This document shows, one piece after another, positions 47,976 to 61,329 of a stretch of 64,000 nt of DNA. The notes below the pieces were generated by a model. It was not told where the DNA came from, did no database searches, and saw nothing but the letters and a program-made list of their open reading frames with translations. Every line of letters starts with the position of its first letter. Positions within the stretch are counted from its first letter, which is position 1. A program made the position numbers and the translations under genes. The DNA is from an uncultured delta proteobacterium (GTDB lineage: Bacteria; Desulfobacterota; Binatia; UBA9968), in NCBI GenBank assembly GCA_963745035.1, contig CAVUVW010000014.1, positions 640,001 to 704,000 of the forward strand, read 5' to 3'.

Positions 47976-48737
47976 CTACCGGTACCGGCCCACCTGCTCC
48001 ATGTCGGCGACGATGGCGCGCGCGGCGTCGACCGGGTTTGGTGCTTCGACGATCGGCCTGCCCACGACGATATAATCGACGCCGGCGCGCACCGCGTCCG
48101 CCGGCGTCATCACCCGCTGCTGATCGTTGCGATTGCTTTCCGCCGGACGGATTCCCGGCGTCACGATCACAAAGCTCGGGCCGCACGCGGCGCGAATGTC
48201 GGCGACTTCATGGGGCGAGGCGACCACGCCGTCCATCGCGGCTTCTTTGGTCAGAAGCGCGAGGCGCACGACTTGATCGGCGACTTTGCGCTCGACCCCG
48301 ACCCGCTGCAGATCGTCTTGATTCAAGCTCGTCAGCACCGTCACCGCCAGCATGATCGGCCGGCGCATTTTTTCCCGCCGGCAGACGCGCTCCACCTCTT
48401 TCACCGTCGTGCGCATCATTTCCAGACTGCCCGATGCGTGCACGTTGAACATTTTTACGCTGAGGCGCGTGGCTTCAATGGCGGCTTTGGCGACGGTGTT
48501 GGGGATGTCGTGAAATTTCAAATCGAGAAAAATTTCCCCGCCGAGCTGTTGAATCAGCTCGACCGCGCGCGGGCCGGCATGGGTAAAAAGCTGCTTGCCG
48601 ATCTTGAACATGCCGACTTCGCCGGCAAGCCGCTGGACAAGGGTCTTGGCTTGCTCCATGGAATCGACGTCGAGAGCCACGATCAGCCGGTCGCGCATGG
48701 GACCCCGTTTTCGTACCAGCTCGAGCTTGGACGCCAT
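47976..48737 (-). CDS. pyrF: Orotidine-5'-phosphate decarboxylase
   Basis: LIVALD, FLDLKFHDIPNTV, VTVLTS, VTPGIRP, VVGRPI. Confidence 0.96.
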   Translation of the reverse strand: MASKLELVRKRGPMRDRLIVALDVDSMEQAKTLVQRLAGEVGMFKIGKQLFTHAGPRAVELIQQLGGEIFLDLKFHDIPNTVAKAAIEATRLSVKMFNVHASGSLEMMRTTVKEVERVCRREKMRRPIMLAVTVLTSLNQDDLQRVGVERKVADQVVRLALLTKEAAMDGVVASPHEVADIRAACGPSFVIVTPGIRPAESNRNDQQRVMTPADAVRAGVDYIVVGRPIVEAPNPVDAARAIVADMEQVGRYR

Positions 48738-48741
48738 GTCT

Positions 48742-50469
48742 TTATACCTGGAGGGCTTCGCGAATGATTTGATGGATTTTGTCAGCCGCGCCCGCGGTGG
48801 CAATCTCCTCGATCCGGCCGTCGCTGCGCCGCCGCAGCTCGAAGTTGTTTTTCTCCAGTCCCTTGGCCCCGATCGTTACCCGCAGCGGTATGCCGATCAG
48901 ATCGCCGTCCTTGAACTTGACCCCGGGACGCTCGGCGCGATCGTCGAGCAGAACTTCCACGCCGCGCGCTTGCAGCTCTCGATAGAGCTCGTCGGTCGCG
49001 TCGCGAATTTTTTTATCGTCGTAGTTGATCGGCAGCAGCAGCACCTGAAACGGCGCGATCGAAAGCGGCCAGATGATGCCGTTGGCGTCGTGGTTTTGCT
49101 CCACCGCCGCAGCGACCATGCGGCTGATGCCGATGCCGTAGCAGCCCATTTCGATGGGCCGTTCGCGGCCCTCGGCATCGAGGTAGGTCGCGCCCATGGC
49201 TTCGCTGTATTTCGTGCCCAGGTAAAATACCTGGCCGACCTCGATGCCGCGATGGGCTTCGAGCGCGCCCGCCTCGCAGCGCGGGCAGGCGTCGCCGGCG
49301 CCGGGCAGACGCAGGTCGGCAAACGCCGTGGGCGTGAAATCGCGCTCTTGATCGACTTCGATGAAGTGCGCGTCGGGCTCGTTGGCGCCGACCACTGCGC
49401 CGCGCATGCCGTGAATGCCGAGGTCAGCGATCATGCGCAGCCGCAAACCGATCGGTCCCAAAAAACCCGGCGCCACGCCGGCCGAAGCGGCCACCGAAGC
49501 TTCATCCGCCAGGGTCAAATCTTTGCATTTCAAAACCGCTCCGAGCTTGAGCTCGTTGACTTCATGATCGCCACGCACCAGCGCCGCGACCAACTCGCCG
49601 CCGTCGGTCTTATAAACCAGCGTCTTGATAAACCGGTCGACCGGCAGCTTGAGAAAGTCGGCGACCTCGGCGACGGTCTTCTTTCCGGGCGTTGAAACTT
49701 TGGTCAGCTTCGGCGCTTCTTCCGCGATGTCGCGCGCCGCGGGCCGGAGCGCCCGCACCTCGGCCTTCTCGACGTTGGCCGCGTAGTCGCAGCGGTTGCA
49801 GCTCACGATGGCGTCTTCGCCGGATTCGGCGAGCACCTGAAATTCATGAGACTGGCTGCCGCCGATCGCGCCGGTGTCGGCTTCCACCGGGCGAAAGCGC
49901 AGCCCCGAGCGGGAAAAAATCCGCTTGTAGGTTTCGTACATGTTGTCGTATTCGCGCCGGCAGTCGGCCGCGTCGGCGTGAAAGCTGTAGGCGTCTTTCA
50001 TGATGAACTCGCGCCCGCGCATCAGGCCGAAGCGCGGCCGTACCTCGTCGCGAAACTTGGTCTGGATCTGATAGAGATTGAACGGCAAACCGCGGTACGA
50101 GCGCACCGAGCGGCGCACCAGATCGGTGATCACTTCCTCGTGGGTTGGGCCGAGGCAGAAATCGCGCTCGTGGCGGTCTTTGAAGCGCAAAAGCTCCTTG
50201 CCGTACATTTCCCAGCGCCCGCTCTCCTGCCACAGCTCGGCGGGAGAGCAGACCGGCAGCAGCAGCTCCTGGGCGCCGGCCCGGTCCATTTCCTCGCGCA
50301 CGATGCGCTCGACCTTGCGGATCACTTTCAGCGCCAGCGGAAAATAGTCGTAGATACCGCGGCTGATCTGGCGAATAAAACCCGCGCGCACCAGCAGCTT
50401 GTGGCTGACGACTTCGGCGTCCGCCGGATCTTCTTTCAAAGTCGGGATGAGAGTCTTACTCCAACGCAT
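48742..50469 (-). CDS. proS: Proline--tRNA ligase (with INS editing domain)
   Basis: LGPTHEE, KFRDEVRPRFGLMRGREF, GIEVGQVF, MGCYGIG. Confidence 0.97.
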   Translation of the reverse strand: MRWSKTLIPTLKEDPADAEVVSHKLLVRAGFIRQISRGIYDYFPLALKVIRKVERIVREEMDRAGAQELLLPVCSPAELWQESGRWEMYGKELLRFKDRHERDFCLGPTHEEVITDLVRRSVRSYRGLPFNLYQIQTKFRDEVRPRFGLMRGREFIMKDAYSFHADAADCRREYDNMYETYKRIFSRSGLRFRPVEADTGAIGGSQSHEFQVLAESGEDAIVSCNRCDYAANVEKAEVRALRPAARDIAEEAPKLTKVSTPGKKTVAEVADFLKLPVDRFIKTLVYKTDGGELVAALVRGDHEVNELKLGAVLKCKDLTLADEASVAASAGVAPGFLGPIGLRLRMIADLGIHGMRGAVVGANEPDAHFIEVDQERDFTPTAFADLRLPGAGDACPRCEAGALEAHRGIEVGQVFYLGTKYSEAMGATYLDAEGRERPIEMGCYGIGISRMVAAAVEQNHDANGIIWPLSIAPFQVLLLPINYDDKKIRDATDELYRELQARGVEVLLDDRAERPGVKFKDGDLIGIPLRVTIGAKGLEKNNFELRRRSDGRIEEIATAGAADKIHQIIREALQV

Positions 50470-50597
50470 ATCTGCTTACTTCGCCTCGTGGTAATCTTTA
50501 CCGCGCCTGGGCTCGCAATGCCGACGCCGACCGAGCTCGGCAACGCGCCGTGGTCCGCGCGCCGGCGAACTGAAATGCAATATAAAGGAGAGGGTAA

Positions 50598-51695
50598 TCA
50601 GCCGCCCGCGGCCGCCGCTTTCTCCGCGTCTTTTTCCACCGCCAGCTTCTGCACTTCTTCCATCAACGCATCGACGATTTCGGCTTCAGGGACTTTGCGA
50701 ATGACTTGGCCACGCTTGAAGATGAGACCGATGCCCTTGCCGCCGGCGACGCCGAGGTCGGCGGCGCGCGCTTCGCCCGGGCCGTTGACTTCGCAGCCCA
50801 TCACCGCGACGTGAATATTGAGGTTGCTGTAAGGCAGCATTCGCTGTTCCACGGCCTCGGCCAAGCCGACGAGATCGACGTCGGCGCGCCCGCACGATGG
50901 GCAGGCGACGAAGGTGAGGCCTTCTTTTCTGAGCTTGAGCGCCTTGAGGATCTCGGTGCCGACCCGCACTTCCTCCACTGGATCGGCCGCGAGCGAGACG
51001 CGAATGGTATCGCCGATGCCCTCGGCAAGCAGCGTTCCCAGGCCCACCGCCGACTTGATCGTGCCGATCGACGGCGTGCCTGCTTCGGTCACGCCGAGAT
51101 GGAAGGGATAGTCCACCTTGTCGGCAAGCATGCGATAGGCTTCGATCATCATCAGCGGATCCGAGGCCTTGAGAGAAATCTTGATCTCCTGGTATCCGAC
51201 GTCTTCGAGGATATGAATATGGCGCAGCCCGCTTTCGACCATGCCGGCGGCGCTCGGCCCGTCGTATTTCTGCAGCAGATCTTTTTCCAAGGAACCGGCG
51301 TTGACGCCGATGCGGATCGGAATTTTCCGCTCGGCGGCGGCCTTCACCACCTCTTCGACGTACTTGCGCGCGCCGATGTTGCCCGGATTGAGCCGCAGGC
51401 CATCGACTCCTTGCTCGATGGCGAGCAACGCCAGCTTGTAATTGAAGTGGATGTCGGCGACCAGCGGGATGCGAATTTTTTTCTTGATCGCGCCGAGCTG
51501 CTCCGCCGCTTCGCGCACCGGCACCGCGCAGCGGACGATCTCGCAGCCGGCGGCCTCGAGGTCCCAGATCTGTTGCACCGTCGCGCGCGCGTCGCGCGTG
51601 TCGGTCTTGGTCATCGACTGGACCGTGATCGGCGCGTCGCCGCCGATCTGGACCTTGCCCAGTTGAATCTGCCGGGTTTTGCGTCGTTGAATCAC
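50598..51695 (-). CDS. ispG: 4-hydroxy-3-methylbut-2-en-1-yl diphosphate synthase
   Basis: VQSMT, PLVADIHF, RLNPGNIG, HLGVTEAG, CPSCGR, MGCEVNGPGE. Confidence 0.97.
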   Translation of the reverse strand: MIQRRKTRQIQLGKVQIGGDAPITVQSMTKTDTRDARATVQQIWDLEAAGCEIVRCAVPVREAAEQLGAIKKKIRIPLVADIHFNYKLALLAIEQGVDGLRLNPGNIGARKYVEEVVKAAAERKIPIRIGVNAGSLEKDLLQKYDGPSAAGMVESGLRHIHILEDVGYQEIKISLKASDPLMMIEAYRMLADKVDYPFHLGVTEAGTPSIGTIKSAVGLGTLLAEGIGDTIRVSLAADPVEEVRVGTEILKALKLRKEGLTFVACPSCGRADVDLVGLAEAVEQRMLPYSNLNIHVAVMGCEVNGPGEARAADLGVAGGKGIGLIFKRGQVIRKVPEAEIVDALMEEVQKLAVEKDAEKAAAAGG

Positions 51696-51763
51696 GCCTT
51701 CAATATAGAGAACGGCTGCTGGTGGGTCAACAAAGATCGCCGGCAGCGCGGCGAAAGCACCGG

Positions 51764-52576
51764 CTAGTTGTCTTCATCGATTTCCGCGGGCGCGGACGCC
51801 GGCTCGGCTTTGCCGCCTTTGACCGGCGCTCTGGCGCCCGGCCGCTCGGCCGGCGCGTCGTCTTTCTTCCGGCGATCGCCTTCGGGGATGATCAGCAGCC
51901 GGCGGTACGCTCCCTGACCTAGGCTCTTGGTCGAAACCCAGGGATCATCCTGCAGCGCGGCGTGAATGATGCGGCGGTCGGCCGCGCTCAGGGCGTCCAC
52001 CGTGACGGTTTTTCTTTGCCGCTTGGCCTTTTCCCCCAGGCGCAGCGCCATGTCTTCGAGCGACCTGCGCCGCCGCTCGCGATAATTCTCAACGTCGACG
52101 ACGATATGCGGGCCTTCACCGCCCGGGCGCTCGCCGGCGATGCGCGTAACCAGATACTGCAACGCTTCCAGAGTCTGTCCCTTGCGGCCGATCAACAGGC
52201 CGCTGTTTTCCGCCTGGACCTCGAGAACGGTCTCGTCGCCTTGCGCCGAAGACTTTTGCCGCACCGTCGCTTTGACACCCATCAGCTCGAGAATATCTTC
52301 GAGGGTTTTCTGCGCTTTTCGAGCAAGCTCGGTCGCATCGACGGCTGCGGGCGTCGGCTGGGCCGATGACGGCGCCTTATCGGAACTTTTGGGAGGCAAA
52401 ACCGACTGTCTGAGCTCCGCGCGAATCCTGGCCTTTTGGGCGCCGAAGCCCAAAATTCCCTTGCGACCCTCGGTCACGACCTCGACGGTGATTTTCTCGC
52501 GCTCGACGCCGAGCAGTTTCAGGGCGTTCTCGATCGCCGCATCGATGGTATCGCCTTCGGTCTCCACGAAATCCAT
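51764..52576 (-). CDS. jag: RNA-binding protein Jag/EloR (Jag_N-KH-R3H)
   Basis: GRKGILGFG, LLIGRKGQTLEALQY, RRIIH. Confidence 0.93.
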   Translation of the reverse strand: MDFVETEGDTIDAAIENALKLLGVEREKITVEVVTEGRKGILGFGAQKARIRAELRQSVLPPKSSDKAPSSAQPTPAAVDATELARKAQKTLEDILELMGVKATVRQKSSAQGDETVLEVQAENSGLLIGRKGQTLEALQYLVTRIAGERPGGEGPHIVVDVENYRERRRRSLEDMALRLGEKAKRQRKTVTVDALSAADRRIIHAALQDDPWVSTKSLGQGAYRRLLIIPEGDRRKKDDAPAERPGARAPVKGGKAEPASAPAEIDEDN

Positions 52577-52597
52577 AAATCCGGCCCTTCCCAGAGG

Positions 52598-54226
52598 CTA
52601 ATGTTCGTGGCGGTTGATCCAATATTGCTGGCCGATCGTGAGGATATTGTTCACCAGCCAGTATACAGTCAAGCCCGCGGGAAACGACACGAACATGAAG
52701 GTAAATATCAAGGGCATCAACATCATGATTTTTCGCTGATTCGGATCTCCGGCGCTCGGCGTCATCCATTGCTGGATGAACATGCTCGCGCCCATGAGAA
52801 TCGTCAGCACCGGGATGCCGAACTGCCAGCCGCCGACGGCCAGCGGCAGCGACTCCCAGTCCGGCCGGGAAAGGTCTTTGATCCACAAAAATGGCGCATG
52901 GCGCAATTCGATCGGCGTGCTGAGCGCGTTGTAGAGTCCGATGAAAACGGGAAACTGAAGAACCATCGGCAGGCAGCCGCCCAGCGGGTTGACCCCGTTG
53001 CGCCGGTAGAGCTCCATGATTTCTTTGTTGAGCTTTTCCTTGTCGCTGCCGTAGCGCTCTTTGAGCTTTTCCATCTGCGGCTGGAGCTTGGACATCTGTT
53101 TCATCGAAACAAAGCTCTTGTGCGTGAGCGGCGCCAACAACAATTTGATCAGCACCGTCAGCAGAATGATGTCCAGACCGTAGCTGCCCGTGAAGCGATG
53201 AAAAAAGTGCAGGACGTAGAGAAACGGGATCGAGGCGAAACCGAAGTAGCCGAAGTCGATGGCCCGCTCCAAATCTTTGCCCACCGCCTTCAGGATGTCG
53301 AGCTCTTTGGGGCCGATAAACAGCGTGAAGCGATCGCTCGAACCCGGCCCGCTTAACGCCGCGACCAGCGCCGTGCCGTTCTGCCCCACGGAGACTTTGT
53401 GATGGGCGCCATTTTCCGGCATCAACGCGAAGAAAAAATAGGTGTGGCCGAAGCCGGCCCAGGACACATCGCCGGTGAACACATGTCCTTTGGCCGCGTC
53501 CGCCGGCGCTTCGCGCCTGATCTTGTTGTCGACCAAAGCGATAAAACCCTCGAACGGCGCGTCGTAGTTGTGCACCGCGTGGTCCGCCTTTTCCGTGATG
53601 CGCAATTCGGGGACTGGCGCGGCGCCGGACGGCGCTTTGACCGAAAGCTCGAGCTGGATCGGGTAGGCGGAGCCGGAGAAAGTAAATGACTTGGTGATGA
53701 TCGCGCCGTCGGCGGTCTGAGCTTGGAACCGTAGGGTTCCTTGGGCTTCGCCGGTCAACTGAAGATCACCACTTTGCGCCGAGTAAACCAGTTCCGCGTC
53801 GTTAAACGGCTGCGGCGCTTGCCACGAAACTCCTAAAGGCAGCGGCACGCCCGGCGCGGCCTGCACCATCTCGAAGGGCGCGCTGTTGTCGGCCGCGGAG
53901 GCGCGATATTTTTTGAACTTGAAACTTTTCAGCCGCGCCCCTTTCGTCGTGAACAGGGCGACGTAGTTTTCGGTCTCGACTTTAAAGTCGCGCGCTGCCT
54001 GCTCGCCCGCGCTCTTTGCCGGAGCGGGTTGCAGCTCTGCGGCGGACTCGGGAACTTTCGTGTCCGAGGGAGCCTCGCTGGTTTTTGCCGGATCTCTTTC
54101 CGCCTTTTCCGTCGGCGGCGGCGTCGGAGGCGTGGATGGCGCAGGATAAAATCGTGAAACCACCTCCTGGTAGATCACCAGCACGAGAATCGACAGCGCG
54201 ATGCCGAGAATTGCCCTTTTGTCCAT
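52598..54226 (-). CDS. yidC: Membrane protein insertase YidC
   Basis: LFIGPK, IDFG, NPLGGCLPMVLQFPVF, FPAGLTVYWLVNN. Confidence 0.97.
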   Translation of the reverse strand: MDKRAILGIALSILVLVIYQEVVSRFYPAPSTPPTPPPTEKAERDPAKTSEAPSDTKVPESAAELQPAPAKSAGEQAARDFKVETENYVALFTTKGARLKSFKFKKYRASAADNSAPFEMVQAAPGVPLPLGVSWQAPQPFNDAELVYSAQSGDLQLTGEAQGTLRFQAQTADGAIITKSFTFSGSAYPIQLELSVKAPSGAAPVPELRITEKADHAVHNYDAPFEGFIALVDNKIRREAPADAAKGHVFTGDVSWAGFGHTYFFFALMPENGAHHKVSVGQNGTALVAALSGPGSSDRFTLFIGPKELDILKAVGKDLERAIDFGYFGFASIPFLYVLHFFHRFTGSYGLDIILLTVLIKLLLAPLTHKSFVSMKQMSKLQPQMEKLKERYGSDKEKLNKEIMELYRRNGVNPLGGCLPMVLQFPVFIGLYNALSTPIELRHAPFLWIKDLSRPDWESLPLAVGGWQFGIPVLTILMGASMFIQQWMTPSAGDPNQRKIMMLMPLIFTFMFVSFPAGLTVYWLVNNILTIGQQYWINRHEH

Positions 54227-54237
54227 GGATTGAGAAT

Positions 54238-54459
54238 TTACTTCACTGGATCATATCCGCCGGGATGCCAGGGATGGCAGCGGCCGAGCCGGCCGCAACT
54301 GAATGCGATTCCCTTGAGAATGCCGTGTTTTCGAATGGCCTCTTCCGTGTAAGCCGAACAACTGGGATAAAAGCGGCAGGCGCGCGGCAGGAGGGGCGAC
54401 ACCACGGCGCGATAAGCGGACAATAGTCCGAGCGTGAGCGCGCGCATCATGTCGATCAC
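54238..54459 (-). CDS. yidD: Membrane protein insertion efficiency factor YidD
   Basis: CRFYPSCSAY, RCHPWHPGGYDPV. Confidence 0.95.
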   Translation of the reverse strand: MIDMMRALTLGLLSAYRAVVSPLLPRACRFYPSCSAYTEEAIRKHGILKGIAFSCGRLGRCHPWHPGGYDPVK

Positions 54460-54839
54460 GAGGCGCGGCGCAGCGATCGATCGGCAAACGCCCGTACGAG
54501 CTCACTTGCGACGGCACGCCCGGCAAGGCCCGCGGCACTCTTGCGCGCGATCACGAGAAAATCCGTGCCCGGCTGCCAATCCGCGCGCCGGCGGCGAAAG
54601 AACTCGCGCACTTGCCGCTTGATGCGATTGCGCGTGACGGAATTGCCGACTTTGCCGCTGACCGTGATCCCCAATCGACACTCCTGCCCGCCGTTCCCGC
54701 CGCTGATGACGACGAAATTCGTCGACTGAAGCTTGGCGCCCACCTGAGACAATTTTTGGAATTCCCGACGCTTGCGCAGCCGCGCCGTTTTCGGCAGCCG
54801 TTGCGAGCCTGTTAACGTCATTTCCTGGATAGGGATCAA
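54456..54839 (-). CDS. rnpA: Ribonuclease P protein component
   Basis: [25 protein letters not shown]. Confidence 0.95.
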   Translation of the reverse strand: MIPIQEMTLTGSQRLPKTARLRKRREFQKLSQVGAKLQSTNFVVISGGNGGQECRLGITVSGKVGNSVTRNRIKRQVREFFRRRRADWQPGTDFLVIARKSAAGLAGRAVASELVRAFADRSLRRAS

Positions 54840-54997
54840 GTCCGCGCGCGTTTGGGCGGCACGCTGACGGTCAAGCGTTTGCGGCCTTTGGCGCGCCGCC
54901 GCTTAAGCACCTTGCGCCCGCCCGGAGTTTCCATGCGAGCCAGAAAACCATGGGTGCGCTTGCGCCGGATATTGCTCGGCTGATAGGTTCGTTTCAT
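54836..54997 (-). CDS. rpmH: 50S ribosomal protein L34 (53 aa, absent from the ORF track)
   Basis: Manual translation: [53 protein letters not shown]. Confidence 0.96.
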   Translation of the reverse strand: MKRTYQPSNIRRKRTHGFLARMETPGGRKVLKRRRAKGRKRLTVSVPPKRART

Positions 54998-55071
54998 AGA
55001 GATACTGCTCCCTTAGGCCGCTTGTTCGGCCAAGTGTCTATATCAATCATACCGACCTGAGGTTGTCAATT

Positions 55072-56079
55072 TTAGCCCGCCTCGGCCTTCAATGAACGCA
55101 GCATCAAGTCTTGCACGGCATCAGCGGGCTTTTTTCCCCCGTACAACACCGCGTACATCTGATCGACGATCGGCATCTCCACCGCCAATTTTTTTGCAAG
55201 CGCATGAAGCGAACGGGTATTGCGCACGCCTTCGGCAATCATCCGCGTCGAGGCGGTAATTTCCCGCAGGCTCTTTCCCGCCGCGGTCTGCAAGCCGACG
55301 GCGCGGTTGCGGCTCAAATCGCCGGCGCAAGTCAGAACCAGATCGCCCAATCCGGGTAATCCCGCCAGGGTCAGCGGGTCGGCGCCCATGCGCACCGCCA
55401 AGCGCGTCATTTCGGCGAGCCCGCGAGTGACGAGCGCCGCGCGGGCGTTTTGCCCGAGCTGCAAGCCGTCGCTGATGCCGGCGGCGATGGCGATGACATT
55501 TTTTACCACCCCGCCGATCTGCACGCCGGTCACATCGGCGGACGTGTACACGCGCAGATTGCCGGTGCTGAGGGTCTGCTGCACCGAGCGCGCCACAGCG
55601 TCGTCGTAAGCGGCGACCGTAACCGCGGCAGGGAGCTGCCGGGCGACTTCCAGCGCGAACGTCGGACCGGAGAGAAAGGCGTGACGCGCCTTGCGCTCGG
55701 CGCCGAAAATATCGATGAAAAGCTCCGCCATGGTGCGCAGGCTCTCTTCTTCGAGTCCTTTGGTGCCGCAAAGAAGCGTTGTGTCCGCGCCGAGCTTGGA
55801 TGCGACCGGCGAGAGCACCGATCGCACCACATGCGACGGCAGGGCGCAGATCACCAGCGCTTTGTCGCCCACCGCGTCGTCCAGCGACCGAGTCGCTCGA
55901 ATGTTGTGTGGCAGTAAGACGCCGGGAAGGTAGGTTCGATTTTCTCTTTCCTCGCCGATGGCGCGAAAGCTGTCGTCGCCGTGGCACCACAGCGCGACGT
56001 TCTCGCCCTTGTCGGCGAGCAACTTCGCCAGCGCGGTGCCCCACCCGCCGGCGCCGATCACTCCGATCCTGGTAGTCAT
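55072..56079 (-). CDS. gpsA: NAD(P)H-dependent glycerol-3-phosphate dehydrogenase
   Basis: GAGGWGTALA, TKGLE, SGPTFA, KNVIAIAAG, GLGDLVLTC..SRN. Confidence 0.96.
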   Translation of the reverse strand: MTTRIGVIGAGGWGTALAKLLADKGENVALWCHGDDSFRAIGEERENRTYLPGVLLPHNIRATRSLDDAVGDKALVICALPSHVVRSVLSPVASKLGADTTLLCGTKGLEEESLRTMAELFIDIFGAERKARHAFLSGPTFALEVARQLPAAVTVAAYDDAVARSVQQTLSTGNLRVYTSADVTGVQIGGVVKNVIAIAAGISDGLQLGQNARAALVTRGLAEMTRLAVRMGADPLTLAGLPGLGDLVLTCAGDLSRNRAVGLQTAAGKSLREITASTRMIAEGVRNTRSLHALAKKLAVEMPIVDQMYAVLYGGKKPADAVQDLMLRSLKAEAG

Positions 56080-56137
56080 GACTTGATTGGGAATAGGGAA
56101 GCTGCGGCAGCGCGCGAGCGGCGCTGCCGGATGGCGA

Positions 56138-58603
56138 TTATTCTTCGCCCTTCTCTTCGATCTCGTCCTCTTCTTCCTTCTCCGCCAGGCGCGCCAGCGA
56201 GACCACCCGTTCGCCCTCTTCGAGCTCGATCAAACGCACGCCCTGGGTGTTGCGCCCGATCAGGCGAATGTCCTTGATGCGCAGGCGGATGATCTTGCCC
56301 CTGTTGGAGATCAGCATGAGCTGATCGTCTTCGCCGACCTGCTGCACCCCCGCCACGCGGCCGGTCTTGTCCGTGGTCTTCATCGTGATGATGCCCTTGC
56401 CGCCGCGCGACGTGAGGCGATACTCGTCCATCTCGGTGCGCTTGCCGTAGCCGCCTTCGGCCACCGTCAGGATGTCGCACCCGAGCGTGAGGATTTCCAT
56501 GCTGACGACTTTGTCCTCGGCCTCGAGCTTCATGCCGACCACCCCGAAGGTGCCGCGCCCGGTGGCGCGCACCTGCTCCTCTTTGAAGCGGATCGACTGG
56601 CCGTCGGCGGTGGACAGGATGATCTCCTGCCGCCCGTCGGTGAGGCGCACACCGATCACCTCATCGCCGGCTTCCAGGCCGATGGCGCGGATGCCGCTCG
56701 GCCGCGGATTGGCGTAGGCCATGAGCTCGGTCTTTTTAATCAGGCCGTTCTTGGTGGCGAAAACGATGTAGCGCCCGTCCACGAATTCCTTCACGGACAA
56801 AAACGCCGAAACCTTCTCGCCGGCCTCGAGCTTGAGCAGATTGACGATCGGCTTGCCGCGCGCGGCACGGCTCGCCTGGGGCAGCTCGTGGACTTTGATC
56901 CAGTAGACTTTCCCGATGGTGGTGAAAAACAGAATGTAGGAGTGCATCGACGCGATGAACAGGTACTCGACGAAGTCCTCTTCTTTTGTCGTCGTACCGA
57001 TCTTGCCTTTGCCGCCGCGCCGCTGCGCCCGGTAGAGACTTACAGGATTGCGCTTGATGTAGCCGTCATGAGAGATCGTCACCGCCATATCCTCATCGAC
57101 GATCATGTCCTCGACGGAAATGTCTTCCGAGCGATCGACGATCTGGGTGCGTCGCTCGTCGCCGTAGTTCTTTTTGATTTCCTGCAGCTCCGCGACGATG
57201 ATCTTGTAGATTTCTTTTTCGTCGGCGAGAATCGCGCGCAGCTTGGCGATCACCTCGAGAGTCTCGCGGTGCTCCTCCATGATTTTATCGCGCTCCAAGC
57301 CGGTCAGGCGCTGCAAGCGCAAATCCAAAATCGCCTGGGCCTGAACCTCGCTCAGGGCGAAACTCGCCATCAGGCCCTCTTTGGCGAGCCTCGGGTCAGC
57401 GGAGCCCCGAATCAGCGCGATCACCGCGTCGAGGTTGTCCAGCGCGATGCGGTAGCCCTCTAAAATATGCAGCCGCTCCTCGGCTTTGCGGAGATCGTAC
57501 GCGGTGCGGCGGGTGACGACCTCCTTGCGGTGCTCGATGAAGGCTTTGAGCGCTTCCTTGAGATTGAGCAGCTTCGGGCGGCCGTCGGCGATGGCGAGCA
57601 TGTTGACGCCGAAGGATTCCTGCAGTCCGGTGTGCTTGTAGAGCTGGTTGAGAATGATTTCCGCCACCGCGTCGCGCTTGAGCTCGATCACGATGCGCAT
57701 CCCTTCGCGGTCCGATTCGTCGCGAATGTCGCCGATGCCCTCGATCTTTTTTTCGTTCACCAGCTCGGCGATCTGCTCGATCAGCCGCTTCTTGTTCACC
57801 ATGTAGGGAATTTCGCTGATGATGATCTGCTCCCTGCCGGTGCGCTTGACGGTCTCGGTGAAGGCCTTGCCGCGCATCTGAATGATACCCTTGCCTTCAT
57901 TGTAAGCTTGAACGATCGCTTCCTTGCCGTGAATAAAGCCGGCCGTGGGAAAGTCCGGCCCCGGAATGTGCTGCATGAGCTGCGCGACCGTCATTTCGGG
58001 ATTTTCGATGAGCGCCACCAGCCCGTCGACGACTTCCGTCAAGTTATGCGGCGGGATATTGGTCGCCATGCCGACCGCGATGCCGGCCGCGCCGTTGATC
58101 AATAAATTCGGAATGCGCGACGGCAGCACCGCCGGCTCTTTGAGCGAGTCGTCGTAGTTCGGCAGAAAATCGACGGTTTCCTTCTCGATATCGGCGAGCA
58201 TCTCTTCGGCGAGCGGCGTCATGCGGATCTCGGTGTAGCGCATCGCTGCCGGATTATCGCCGTCGATGGAGCCGAAGTTGCCCTGGCCGTCGACCAGCGG
58301 GTAGCGCATGTTGAAATCCTGCGCCATGCGCACGATCGTGTCGTAGATCGCCGTGTCGCCGTGCGGATGATACTTACCCATGATGTCGCCGACCAGGCGA
58401 GCGGATTTTTTATACGCCCTGTCCGAGGTGTTGCCGGCGTCGTACATGGCGTAGAGCACGCGCCGGTGCACCGGCTTGAGCCCGTCGCGGACATCGGGCA
58501 GCGCGCGGCTGATGATCACGCTCATGGCGTAGGCCATGAACGATTCGCGCATCTCCTCTTCGATATAAACCGGTACTTTTTGCGGTTTGATGGTCGCTTC
58601 CAT
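56138..58603 (-). CDS. gyrA: DNA gyrase subunit A
   Basis: [29 protein letters not shown], GyrA-box QRRGGKG. Confidence 0.98.
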   Translation of the reverse strand: MEATIKPQKVPVYIEEEMRESFMAYAMSVIISRALPDVRDGLKPVHRRVLYAMYDAGNTSDRAYKKSARLVGDIMGKYHPHGDTAIYDTIVRMAQDFNMRYPLVDGQGNFGSIDGDNPAAMRYTEIRMTPLAEEMLADIEKETVDFLPNYDDSLKEPAVLPSRIPNLLINGAAGIAVGMATNIPPHNLTEVVDGLVALIENPEMTVAQLMQHIPGPDFPTAGFIHGKEAIVQAYNEGKGIIQMRGKAFTETVKRTGREQIIISEIPYMVNKKRLIEQIAELVNEKKIEGIGDIRDESDREGMRIVIELKRDAVAEIILNQLYKHTGLQESFGVNMLAIADGRPKLLNLKEALKAFIEHRKEVVTRRTAYDLRKAEERLHILEGYRIALDNLDAVIALIRGSADPRLAKEGLMASFALSEVQAQAILDLRLQRLTGLERDKIMEEHRETLEVIAKLRAILADEKEIYKIIVAELQEIKKNYGDERRTQIVDRSEDISVEDMIVDEDMAVTISHDGYIKRNPVSLYRAQRRGGKGKIGTTTKEEDFVEYLFIASMHSYILFFTTIGKVYWIKVHELPQASRAARGKPIVNLLKLEAGEKVSAFLSVKEFVDGRYIVFATKNGLIKKTELMAYANPRPSGIRAIGLEAGDEVIGVRLTDGRQEIILSTADGQSIRFKEEQVRATGRGTFGVVGMKLEAEDKVVSMEILTLGCDILTVAEGGYGKRTEMDEYRLTSRGGKGIITMKTTDKTGRVAGVQQVGEDDQLMLISNRGKIIRLRIKDIRLIGRNTQGVRLIELEEGERVVSLARLAEKEEEDEIEEKGEE

Positions 58604-58640
58604 GAATGATTCGCTCGTGCGAGTTGCTCGCGGGGTTCTC

Positions 58641-58687
58641 AGCGTTCAAACGACTTGAACGCTTGAACTATTGGAACGGCTTGGACG
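58641..58687. repeat. Short ttgaac-unit repeat/hairpin between gyrB and gyrA
   Basis: agcgttcaa/ttgaacgct stem followed by ttgaac, ttggaac and ttggac units. Confidence 0.45.
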
Positions 58688-61162
<2,475 letters not shown>

Positions 61163-61329
61163 TTAGAAAGATTTAGCAACTTGGTAAATAGTACCTGAAA
61201 CGAGCCCGAAAGTAAAGCATAAAGAGTTTCTTAAGCAATTGAATTATAAGAGAAAAATAGCCAGTTTTCGGCCTTATTCCAAAACCGGGCCAAAATCGCC
61301 ATCTCAGCGTGCAGAGAGGTTGACAGCAT